The notes under the pieces were generated by a model. The model was not told the DNA's origin and made no database searches. It saw only the letters and a list, made by a program, of their open reading frames with translations. 20,317 nt of DNA. It comes from Candidatus Poribacteria bacterium (GTDB lineage Bacteria > Poribacteria > WGA-4E > UBA9662). Location of the stretch: assembly GCA_046582655.1 (NCBI GenBank), contig JAYGDX010000091.1, forward strand, positions 1 through 20,317, written 5' to 3'. Shown one piece after another: positions 1-8,850 of this stretch. Both the position numbers and the translations under genes were made by a program. The stretch's first letter is position 1, and each line of letters opens with the position of its first letter.

Positions 1-31
1 GCAAATCTAAAAATAATTAAGGTTTTTATCT

Positions 32-622
32 TTATGACGACTCAGTAAGTGGGAATCGTTCGTTGATCAACATGATTGGTTTCCCTTGGGCAATCACGCG
101 GTAGGTTCGGCTCAAAAACGGCTTGCCTTCCATATGCTTGATAGTATCTGGTAAACTTGACGTGTACTCCAAGCCATACCATAATAGATCCCGACGAGTC
201 TCCAAACCACTACGACGTAAGAGTTGTCCTAGCCCTTCTTCACCAGCTTCTAGTCCTTTCAGGATAATCTTTGGTAGTCGATTGTGTACAATCAGTGACT
301 CAGCGTAAGTATAAAACACAGACGACTCGCGCCCCTTGCCTTGGATTATCACTTTACGGGCAACCACAGTAGTTCCTTGGTGGGTGTCAAGCCACAGGTG
401 ATCAGCAGACAAGATTTGTTTCTGTTGGCTAAGTTGAATTACTTCTACCGGAGCAAGTATGTATGCTTCGATCAGTTGCGTCACCGTACCGTCCGTCACC
501 AGCAAAGCTCGTTGAAATGGTGTTAATTGGTCTAAGCTAATTTCCTGCAAACCGTCAGGTTTGGCAGATTGTGCTATGCAAAGACCATTTTTTTCGAACA
601 GAAAAGTTTGATTCAAGGGCAT
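32..622 (-). CDS. Chorismate pyruvate-lyase family protein (UbiC/Rv2949c/DUF98-like)
   Basis: 196 aa with LLVTDGTVTQLIEAY, YAES, GLGQLL and RTYRV...PIMLINERFP motifs typical of the DUF98/chorismate-lyase fold; AAGGA-type RBS upstream. Confidence 0.8.
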   Translation of the reverse strand: MPLNQTFLFEKNGLCIAQSAKPDGLQEISLDQLTPFQRALLVTDGTVTQLIEAYILAPVEVIQLSQQKQILSADHLWLDTHQGTTVVARKVIIQGKGRESSVFYTYAESLIVHNRLPKIILKGLEAGEEGLGQLLRRSGLETRRDLLWYGLEYTSSLPDTIKHMEGKPFLSRTYRVIAQGKPIMLINERFPLTESS

Positions 623-641
623 TGTTTACTAGTTCCTTTCT

Positions 642-839
642 TCAATCTGTCTCCGTAAGGCAGTCAGCATGTTCTTCTACGATTGCCAAAACATTGGAGC
701 CCAAACCAGCGGCAACACTGCCAACGGCATATCCGCTTTTGGGCCATTCCCCAACTTCGTCATTGTTAATCATAACAAACGTTAACAGATTGATCAGTAA
801 ACATGCCAATCCTCACAACCATACCAAGTAGTGTTTCAA
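642..839 (-). pseudogene. Remnant of an exported/membrane protein gene
   Basis: GAGGG SD 8 nt before TTG at 839. Reads MKHYLVWL*GLACLLINLLTFVMINNDEVGEWPKSGYAVGSVAAG...TD*, a signal-peptide-like start broken by an in-frame TGA (813-815). Confidence 0.4.
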
Positions 840-949
840 AATAAATACCCTCTTAAAATATTACTTTATACAAATGAATGCCGGTATAGTAAAATTGCAG
901 GCACTGTCACGCTAGAAGGAAAAACGGATACTACCAGCTATTGTTAGCT

Positions 950-974
950 GAGAGGTGTCTGATTTACCTGACAC
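950..974. promoter_or_regulatory. Operator-like imperfect palindrome, copy 1
   Basis: GAGAGGT-N9-ACCTGACAC; same half-sites and spacing as the copy at 1224-1248. Confidence 0.45.
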
Positions 975-990
975 GATAATTGTGGAAATC

Positions 991-1018
991 CCTCCTTATT
1001 ATTTGGAGGCGTTTTTTT
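991..1018 (+). terminator. Intrinsic terminator
   Basis: CCTCC-TTATTATTT-GGAGG stem-loop followed by CG and T7 (1012-1018). Confidence 0.6.
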
Positions 1019-1111
1019 GTTGTCAATGTTTCAGTTTAGTTAGACGAAGGAAAATACGCTTTAGTGTGAAAAATTGAAAAGTTGTCCTAGAGATCAAGCA
1101 TAATCAATTCC

Positions 1112-1141
1112 TTGTGTCCTCGTTTAAAATTAAAATATAAT
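1112..1141 (+). promoter_or_regulatory. Putative sigma70 promoter for the SDR gene
   Basis: TTGTGT-18 nt-TATAAT in AT-rich DNA. Confidence 0.35.
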
Positions 1142-1223
1142 ATTTCTCTTTCAATTAAGTTACTGAAATTTCCAACTTTTAATAATATAAAAAAACAACC
1201 AAGAAGTATGAAAATTAAAAACC

Positions 1224-1248
1224 GACAGGTTTTTTTCATACCTGACAC
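1224..1248. promoter_or_regulatory. Operator-like imperfect palindrome, copy 2
   Basis: GACAGGT-N9-ACCTGACAC, 40 nt upstream of the ATG at 1289. Confidence 0.45.
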
Positions 1249-1288
1249 AACTATAAACAGATCTAAAATTAGCGAGGAATCATGATAT

Positions 1289-2314
1289 ATGAGTGATAGA
1301 GTTCTGGTAACAGGAGCATCTAGTTTTATAGGCAGTCATGTAATCTTACATCTGCTGCAAAAAGGGTATTTGGTTAGAGGAACTCTGAGGGATCTATCAA
1401 AGAAAAATGAGGTTACAGAAACAACGGCTGAAAATTATGGTGACGATATAAGCGATCGTTTGGAATTTGTTAAAGCAAACCTATTAGAAGACGATGGATG
1501 GAGTAAAGCTGCAATCGGTTGTGATTACATAATACATCTTGCATCCCCCTTTCCATTAGCTGAACCCAAAGATGAAAATGATGTTATCATCCCTGCCAAA
1601 GATGGGACACTACGTATTCTTCGAGCTGCTCAAAAAGCAAAAATTAAGAGATTTATTTTGACGTCTTCTAATGCTGCTATTTCCTATGGTCACGACGATT
1701 ACACCAAAGTTTATGATGAAAACGACTGGACAGATATTTCTAAACCAATTGGTGCTTACTTAAAGAGTAAAACCATAGCCGAAAAAGCGGCTTGGGATTT
1801 TGTTGACACCTTGAATGAAAGCGAACAGTTTGAATTTTGTACCATTAATCCAAATGTTGTTTTGGGACCTCTTTTGAGTAAGCGAGTATCTACCTCTATT
1901 GAGATTATTCGGATTTTTCTTAATAGACAATATCCAGCTTTACCGAGGGTCGGTTTCTTACCTGTAGATGTTAGAGATGTTGCTTTTTTACATGTTGAAG
2001 CGCTCACCAACCCTGAAGTAAATAGACGAAGGCTGATATGTGCTTCAACAAATATATGGCTTGTAGATATGGCAAAAATTCTTAGGTCTAGCGGATATAA
2101 CGTGACAACTAAACAGATGCCCAATTTCTTGTTAAAGCTGTTTTCGATTTTTGATCCGACTCTCAAATCAATTGTGGGAGAGTTAGATATAGAAAGGAAA
2201 ATAGATTCCTCTGAAACCCAAAGAATTTTCAATTGGACTCCAAAAACGCATGAAGAGATGATTCTCTCGACGGCGGAAAGTCTGGTAGATCTAGGTCTGG
2301 TATCCATAAAATAA
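1289..2314 (+). CDS. Extended SDR, aldehyde reductase / dihydroflavonol-4-reductase-like NAD(P)-dependent epimerase/dehydratase
   Basis: VLVTGASSFIG Rossmann motif, IHLASP, LTSS, catalytic YLKSK, INPNVVLGP, VDVRDVA; GAGGA RBS. Confidence 0.9.
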   Translation: MSDRVLVTGASSFIGSHVILHLLQKGYLVRGTLRDLSKKNEVTETTAENYGDDISDRLEFVKANLLEDDGWSKAAIGCDYIIHLASPFPLAEPKDENDVIIPAKDGTLRILRAAQKAKIKRFILTSSNAAISYGHDDYTKVYDENDWTDISKPIGAYLKSKTIAEKAAWDFVDTLNESEQFEFCTINPNVVLGPLLSKRVSTSIEIIRIFLNRQYPALPRVGFLPVDVRDVAFLHVEALTNPEVNRRRLICASTNIWLVDMAKILRSSGYNVTTKQMPNFLLKLFSIFDPTLKSIVGELDIERKIDSSETQRIFNWTPKTHEEMILSTAESLVDLGLVSIK

Positions 2315-2379
2315 TTTAGTATTGGCTAATTTATTAAAGGAGAAAAAAGGTGCGAATTGCTTATGCTTGACGTGAGGAA

Positions 2380-3162
2380 ATGACAGAGATCGATAATGTT
2401 CACGATGGTGCCAGTTCAATATTATTCAAAAGGCTATTTGAAAATGATGATTTTCAAACGCCTTGGCGTTTTATTCACGCTGCCATTATCCCGCCCGGTG
2501 GAGGAATTGGCCATCACCGCCACAATAATTGTGAAGAGATTTTTGTGACAGTTGATAACGCCGCACAATTTACGCACAATGGCCGTACAGCGCGGATTGT
2601 TGGGGGTGCGGCCGTACCTCTGCGCCAAGGAGAATCACACGCTAGATACAACCATACAGACCAAGAGACTCGATTTTTTAATTTTAATGTCGCTGCAGTT
2701 GGACAACCCGCCGATTCAAGGGATTTTGGTGATGATTGTGTAGAAGCTCCGATGGAATCAGCTGATCGACTCCCCATTGGCAGGTTGAACCGAAACCTGA
2801 TGACCTATCTTTCTGCCCACGAGGGGAAAGGTGAGTGTGGTATCCGAATGGTGTGGGATCAACAGGATTTCCGCAACAACTGGGGATTTCTTGCCCATGT
2901 CCTACTTCCCGCTGGAGTTTCAATTGGTTATCATCGACACGATCTGATGGAAGAAACCTATGTCGTTATAAACGGAAGTGGGCGGATGACCGTGGATGAT
3001 GAAACGGAAGTGGTATACGAAGGGGCTGTTATCCCAAATCGGATTGGTGGTTCACATGGGATTTATAATCAGGGCGACTTGGAGATGCTGGTTGTGGCAG
3101 TATGCTTGGAGCAAGGCAAACTTGACGCCGTTGATTTAGATGATGATCTCACCGAACAATAG
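2380..3162 (+). CDS. Tandem (bi-)cupin protein; original start probably GTG 2350
   Basis: Two homologous halves: IPPGGGIGHHRHNNCEE...H.RYN and LPAGVSIGYHRHDLMEE...HGIYN. Upstream AAGGAG + GTG(2350) is in frame but interrupted by TGA at 2368-2370. Confidence 0.85.
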   Translation: MTEIDNVHDGASSILFKRLFENDDFQTPWRFIHAAIIPPGGGIGHHRHNNCEEIFVTVDNAAQFTHNGRTARIVGGAAVPLRQGESHARYNHTDQETRFFNFNVAAVGQPADSRDFGDDCVEAPMESADRLPIGRLNRNLMTYLSAHEGKGECGIRMVWDQQDFRNNWGFLAHVLLPAGVSIGYHRHDLMEETYVVINGSGRMTVDDETEVVYEGAVIPNRIGGSHGIYNQGDLEMLVVAVCLEQGKLDAVDLDDDLTEQ

Positions 3163-3197
3163 TTTTGTACTGTGATGCCGATTGATAAGGCTGAAGT

Positions 3198-4718
3198 CTA
3201 CCAGTTATCCAAGCCAATGATAGTCTCTTGGGTTTCGCCCTGATTGAGAATGATCTCTTTTTTTGCAAGAACATCTTGAGGATGTTTTAGAACCTAGTTC
3301 AACTGTAACAGGGCATATAGTAAAAACCCAGCACCATCCGTGGCTTCGTAATAAGGTTTAGCTGGATGTCCTCGGAAAAGTCCCTGATGGTAAAGCTTAG
3401 AAATTGCTTCATCTGCCATGTCTTTAGCAAAGTCAAGGTATTCTGCGTCTTGTGTCATCACATAAAGATGGATTAGAAAGGATATCGATCGTCCATTTTT
3501 CCCTGCGTAAGTTCCGTGTTTTGCATACTGCAGAGCATAATCCTCATACCACGATTCTTCTAAGCAACCCTGGGTTGGCAGATGACCTTTCAGGCAGTCT
3601 GCGAACCGTTTAGCAGCAGTCAAAAAATCTTCTTCTTTCGTTAGATGATAGGCATAGATATAGGCTTGAGCGGCGTAAATTGGGTATTGGTAACCGCAAA
3701 TGTAGGGGCCCCACAGATCAAGGTGACCGCGAGGTTCCTGAGACGCATATCCTTCCTTGATTCTGGGGCCAGGGACAGGAGAACCATCCAAATTCAGTGA
3801 CCCCCAGAATTTTCCACTTTCGTGATTGAACCCAAACTTAGCGTATGCCATCAAGTAAGCAATTGCATAATCTCTGAGGAGTTGATCGCCAGACAGTTGA
3901 TAGCTTTTTAGCAGTGCATGACAGTGCAACCCAACAATAGCAGTCACGAAATGACTTCCATCAAACCTGTCTCTGCCAGCATTGGGTCGGTCAGGAAAAA
4001 GATCTGTTGCTTGATTCCTTCTGTTCCAGTAATAAGTTGCTAAGAGTCTAGCGCGGCCTTGCCAGATTTTGTCACCCGTATGACTATGCATAAACGTAAA
4101 TGCGTAGATAAACGCGCCGGAACTCATGCTGAAATCGCATCCCTGTTTCCCACTATCATGCCGATCGATCTCACCGGTCTCTTTGTCAATTACATGCCAT
4201 TGCCAAATAGCTTCAATTTCCTTTTGAACTGCTTTTGGATTGATTTTCCATAGCGCATCCCAGGCAATACAATTCATGGCATGAAGTTCATGAACGTTGC
4301 CTCCATGACCATCCATTTCATCTTTGTATACGTCATAATGGCGATGCCACCCCCACCAGAAAAGCCCCTTTTGGTCAACAAGATGGCGTATGTAGTAATC
4401 CATGTATTGATGGGCGAACTCGGCGGTACTACCATTCCTAGTCAGATTCGATAGTAAACGCATCGTTTTTAACGTTGACATATCCATCAGCATATTTGCA
4501 CCTGCCGGATTTCTACGTCCGCGTCGTTGCACACGCTACTGTTCATCCAGTGGTTCCGGGTCCTGTGGACAGTTACGGGATTCAACATCCAGAATACTGA
4601 CAAGAATGGGGAGGTGTTTGGGGCCGTATCGGTCTGTGCCGTACTCCATCAGTACATTAAGACATTCTTGCACACAACCTAAATAGTTTTCGGAATTATT
4701 AGGCATATGATTCCCCAT
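3198..4718 (-). pseudogene. Polysaccharide lyase family 2-like (alpha/alpha)-barrel protein, interrupted by two in-frame TAG codons
   Basis: One continuous frame from ATG 4718 (TAATG overlap with the sulfatase stop) to TAG 3198-3200, with internal TAG at 4536-4538 (DEQ*RVQ) and 3294-3296 (LQLN*VLK...LDNW). Motifs GTDRYG, FWWGWH, HELH, IWQWHVID and RH recall PL2 pectate lyases; family call is from memory. Confidence 0.65.
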
Positions 4719-6322
4719 TAGTTTCTTGACCGTTTTCCTTTTCTTGTTTCTAGGATTTGATTCCATGGTTCAACGTAGCATCGGTCAGCCCAATCCTGAT
4801 ACAGACAGCTGAGTTCCTTTACCAAGTCTGGATGGTCTGCCGATAGGTCATTGAGTTCTGTCCGATCTTCTTCCATATTGTAGAGTTCCCATGATCCTGG
4901 ATACTTGGTCACCAGTTTCCACTTGCCACGACGTACAGCCTGATTCCCTTCATGTTCCCAGTAAAGGACTTTGTTATCATCGTCTTGATCGTCAAAAATA
5001 GGCACCAAACTAGTACCTTCCACTGCCAGAATCGAACTACCATTGTAATCATTTGGGTATTCCGTTCCGGTCACTTCAAGACAGGTGGACATGATATCTG
5101 GAAGTTGTCCCGGTTGATGACGCAATTCACCACCCGTTTTAATATAATTCGGCCAATGAACAATCAGCGGGGTAGCAATACCACCTTCGTGAACCCAGTG
5201 TTTATATTCACGAAACGGCGTATTAGAAAGATTAGCCCAAGGTACTCCATAACTCTGATAGGTCGTTTCTGGTCCGGGCATGATGTTGGGATCATTTCCT
5301 CTTTGAACAGGTCGACCGTCACGTGTCGTCGGCCCGCCCCAGACCGGCCAGCTGGTCTCTATTTTTGCCGGTGGTCTGAGCTCCTCGGCACAACCTCCAT
5401 TATCGGCCAGAAACAAAATCAGCGTGTTTTCAAGTTGCCCTGCCTGTTCCAAAGCCTGAATGACGTTACCAATTCCTCGATCCATCCGTTCAATCTGTGC
5501 TGCATAGACTTTCATTCTTCGTTGGTTCCATTCCTTGTGTTCCGCCTCATCCCAAGGTGGCTGCGATGGATCCCGATCACTTAAAGACCAGCATTCCGCC
5601 AGAAGTCCCATCCCTTTCATACGCTGTAACCGTTCCTGACGAAGTTGATCCCATCCGTCAGCGAAACGATCTTTATATCGTGCGATATCTTCTTCATGAG
5701 CGTGTAAAGGCCAATGTGGGGCAGTATAAGCTACATAGGTGAAGAACGGTTGATCCGGTGTACTCTCTGCGTGGTCCCCGATAAACTTAACGGCTTCACT
5801 GCTAATGGCATCCGTCAGAAAATATTCCTCAGGCAATTGATCATGCGTAATTGGGTCATTATCACGAGTTAATGTGTTTGGTTTCCAGTAGTTAGCCGCA
5901 CCTGTAATAATTCCATAAAACCGATCAAAACCGCGTTGACAGGGCCAACTGTGTTTGGGACCATCTGGATCGGTGTGACGACTAACATGCCATTTCCCAC
6001 TCATGTAAGTTCTGTAACCGGATGACTGAAGGACCTCAGCAATTGTTACGCATTGGTGATTCAAATCCCCTCGGTAGCCCTCTAAACCATCGTCCGACAC
6101 CATGTGTCCTACGCCAGTCTGGTGTGGGTGGAGACCTGTCAGCATGGAAGCCCGAGACGGGCAGCACCGAGCTGTATTGTAGAATTGAGTAAACCGTAGA
6201 CCATTACTCGCCAGTCTATCCAAATTCGGACTATTGATTTCTCCACCATAACACCCAAGATCGGAAAATCCCATGTCGTCATTCAAAATCAGAACAATAT
6301 TCGGTCTTTGATCTTTCTGCAT
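4718..6322 (-). CDS. atsA: Arylsulfatase (formylglycine-dependent, Cys-type, no signal peptide)
   Basis: RPNIVLILNDDMG, CCPSRASMLTG (CxPxR), GKWH, YTAPHWPL, DNG, YKHWVHEGG, ELYNMEEDRTE; GAGGTG RBS. Confidence 0.95.
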   Translation of the reverse strand: MQKDQRPNIVLILNDDMGFSDLGCYGGEINSPNLDRLASNGLRFTQFYNTARCCPSRASMLTGLHPHQTGVGHMVSDDGLEGYRGDLNHQCVTIAEVLQSSGYRTYMSGKWHVSRHTDPDGPKHSWPCQRGFDRFYGIITGAANYWKPNTLTRDNDPITHDQLPEEYFLTDAISSEAVKFIGDHAESTPDQPFFTYVAYTAPHWPLHAHEEDIARYKDRFADGWDQLRQERLQRMKGMGLLAECWSLSDRDPSQPPWDEAEHKEWNQRRMKVYAAQIERMDRGIGNVIQALEQAGQLENTLILFLADNGGCAEELRPPAKIETSWPVWGGPTTRDGRPVQRGNDPNIMPGPETTYQSYGVPWANLSNTPFREYKHWVHEGGIATPLIVHWPNYIKTGGELRHQPGQLPDIMSTCLEVTGTEYPNDYNGSSILAVEGTSLVPIFDDQDDDNKVLYWEHEGNQAVRRGKWKLVTKYPGSWELYNMEEDRTELNDLSADHPDLVKELSCLYQDWADRCYVEPWNQILETRKGKRSRN

Positions 6323-6365
6323 ATTTTCACCTCGTTTCTTTTAGCAAAATATTCGATTTTTCATC

Positions 6366-7227
6366 TTAGATCTGCCACTTGATTCGCGCTTCCTGCATGG
6401 TAATTCTGTTCTCTTTTTTCGGGATTTGATCCGGTGTACTTCCCATATGCCGCCAATCAACAGGCTCTGATGCTAACTGATATCGGTTGTCACTGCTAAC
6501 ACGATAAAATTCAGAGTTATTATCAAGGAAACCATGCATCAGATACATACCAAATATAATTATATCACCAGCCCCAAACTCAGTAGAAGCCCATTTGATT
6601 CCTAAAGTTTCCATCACCTCATAAGCATCTCTTGAAAACCATCCCTCCAACAGATCTTGGTGTGCATCCGAAACTCCATAGGTGTTGATGAGTTTCTGAT
6701 GTTTGTGTGAACCTAAACAGACAGCCAATGATCCCATATCAAGCGAAACATCACCTCATGCTGTCCAAACGGTATAGAGGTTTTTGGTGCCAGCTCCCAT
6801 ATACACGATATCACAATGGGCACTGGTATTTTGTCCTGAAGGCGTAGCACGCAACCATTTGTGATCCAGGGATAAAATTGATCCTCCTAAAAACCGTTCA
6901 AAGAGCATCATGATTTGCTGAGAGTTAACGAGGCTAAGAAATCGTGGGAACTGTTGAACCACTTCATGCGGGAAGGAAATTCCTCTATTATCCGATCCAA
7001 TTACACCATCTTCTATAGAATCCCAGTTTAAGCATAGATTCGTTGTCCATGAAACCAAGGATTTCGCGTCGTGTTTCAAGAACCGTACGACGATCATAAA
7101 AATCGCGAATCAGCAAATATCCATCCTTTGCCATACGATCCTGAAGAGCTGCCGAATCATCAAAAATGTCGTTGCTGTCGCGAAGGTGGAAGATAGTCTC
7201 ACCAAATATCAATTCCTTTCCATTCAT
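6366..7227 (-). pseudogene. Phytanoyl-CoA dioxygenase (PhyH) family Fe(II)/2-oxoglutarate oxygenase pseudogene
   Basis: Three ORF pieces join: DGYLLIRD (6988-7227), frameshift near 7021, AHCD and YTVWTA (6756-7097), in-frame TGA 6756-6758, then GDV..MGSLAVCLGSH, GDIIIF...HG..DN and RVSSDNRYQ. Confidence 0.85.
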
Positions 7228-7316
7228 AGTGACTTTTGTACCTGTAGCAATTACTCTTTCTACCTAGTTCATAAGGATTCTCACTCCCGACAGTTTGGTG
7301 CTATTTGCGACAGATT

Positions 7317-8423
7317 CTAGATAACGGAGGCAGCCACCATGTTGGAACAGCGCCCCAGTATACCTTCCGCTGATGCACTCGGTTGCGTGGTAAACAGAAT
7401 ACAAACCATCTGCCTGAAAGGATCCGCCCAGACAACAGTTCCCGTTGCACCATAATGACCGAACGAACCGGATGATACCAAATCTCCAAATGCCGACCAA
7501 TCGGCAGTTGGCTGGAGTCTCCAACCGAGCCCCCATACTCGACCGGATTTGATCTCCGAAGGAATTTCAGGCATTGAAGTTGTTTGATCGGTGGTCATCG
7601 CTTTTGTCGTGACCGGACTAAACACGCGGATTCCATCAAATTCCCCACCATTTATAAATGTTTGACAAAAACAAAACATATCATTGACTGTTGAAAACAT
7701 TCCTCCCCAAGGTGCGCCAAAATTCCGCCAATACGATTTGTTCCATCCCCAATCAACTTTCTGCATTTCTTCACCAACATTGACGTGAGCAATCCGATCT
7801 GCTTGAAGATCTCCGATGCCAAGAGATGTATCGTGCATACCAAGAGGGGAAAAAATTTCGCCTCGCAGGAATTCAGGTAGGGAAGATCCTGTTATTCTTT
7901 CAACAATCTCACCGAGTATGGCGATACCGCAGCTTTGATATTGAATATTGGTACCGGAGGGGAAATCAAGTTCCAAATCACAGATCCGCCGGATAAATTC
8001 TTTTAGTGGTGCATGTTGTTGCCGAAGTTGAGTGTTTTCAGGCAGCATATCGGGAAGGCCGGAAGTATGTGTCATTAAATGTCGCACGGTAATTGTTTCT
8101 TTGCCTCTGTTAGCAAATTCGGGAATAATGGAGTAAACGGGATCATCGAGCAAAAGCTTCCCTCTCTCCACCAGCAACATAACCGCCGCCGCTGTTACCG
8201 GTTTGGTCACAGAGGCAACCAAAAAAATGGTGTCCGGCTGAACCTGTAGGGAACCAGTCTGCAAACGCATGTTCCCAAAACTGCGTGCTTCAACCGGAAT
8301 GCCATTGACTGCAACCAAGATCGAGGCCCCAGGCATACGTCCTGTATACACCAATTCCTCCAAATAATGGTAAACTTGATTCAATCGTTTCGTTGATATT
8401 CCTGTAAGTTCGACCACAATCAC
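7317..8423 (-). CDS. Serine hydrolase, beta-lactamase class C/esterase family
   Basis: SVTK (SxxK), HLMTHTSGL, YQS, PLGMHDT, GGMFST, FGHYGATG; no signal peptide; AAGGTGAG RBS. Confidence 0.92.
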   Translation of the reverse strand: MIVVELTGISTKRLNQVYHYLEELVYTGRMPGASILVAVNGIPVEARSFGNMRLQTGSLQVQPDTIFLVASVTKPVTAAAVMLLVERGKLLLDDPVYSIIPEFANRGKETITVRHLMTHTSGLPDMLPENTQLRQQHAPLKEFIRRICDLELDFPSGTNIQYQSCGIAILGEIVERITGSSLPEFLRGEIFSPLGMHDTSLGIGDLQADRIAHVNVGEEMQKVDWGWNKSYWRNFGAPWGGMFSTVNDMFCFCQTFINGGEFDGIRVFSPVTTKAMTTDQTTSMPEIPSEIKSGRVWGLGWRLQPTADWSAFGDLVSSGSFGHYGATGTVVWADPFRQMVCILFTTQPSASAEGILGRCSNMVAASVI

Positions 8424-8605
8424 CTCACCTTTTCACAATTTCTTCTTTTATCCGATAAGATAACATCAATCAACTGTAATTTGCCGATTGTATCAAAATT
8501 GTCTTAAGAAATCTATCTTCCTAATAGTTGATTAAACATCTATCAAGATATAAAAATCCGAAAAAATTCGTAATAGCTTAATTTTCTCCTTAATTTCGGT
8601 TTCCT

Positions 8606-8614
8606 TGATATAAT
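8606..8614 (+). promoter_or_regulatory. Extended -10 promoter
   Basis: TGaTATAAT perfect consensus in the divergent intergenic region. Confidence 0.5.
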
Positions 8615-8651
8615 GTTAACTCAAATTGCGGCCTGAAACAGCAGATGAGTC

Positions 8652-8747
8652 AGGAACCGAGTTTTTCTGAAGCCACATCCACAATAACAAATAAAATTTA
8701 ACTTTTGGCAAGATTTTCCGAATTCCGCCGGTAAAAAATCGGTTTCT
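8652..8747. repeat. REP-like inverted repeat arms
   Basis: AGGAACCGAGTTTTT (8652-8666) and AAAAAATCGGTTTCT (8733-8747) are near-complementary. Confidence 0.5.
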
Positions 8748-8850
8748 TTAGGCAGGTAGGAACTTGGGTTAATGCTAACACGTTGGCAAGGTCCATATGC
8801 CGTTAATCAGGATCCACATCAAACAGAAAAAACTTAGAGGAGAATAGCCA

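Noticed and set aside
925..990. Canonical TPP riboswitch call
   Set aside because: P4 3' strand (CGNAGG) and a clear P1 are missing and no thiamine gene follows; kept only as a candidate finding
1756..2307. 183-aa minus-strand ORF
   Set aside because: Antisense shadow of the SDR, no motifs
4719..4766. N-terminal extension MESNPRNKK... of ORF 4536-4766
   Set aside because: Overlaps the sulfatase end; the TAATG-coupled ATG at 4718 is the better start
4952..5584. 210-aa plus-strand ORF
   Set aside because: Antisense shadow of the sulfatase
8642..8661. Hammerhead ribozyme core (CAGATGAG...)
   Set aside because: Needs CUGAUGA and GAAA with stem II; both deviate
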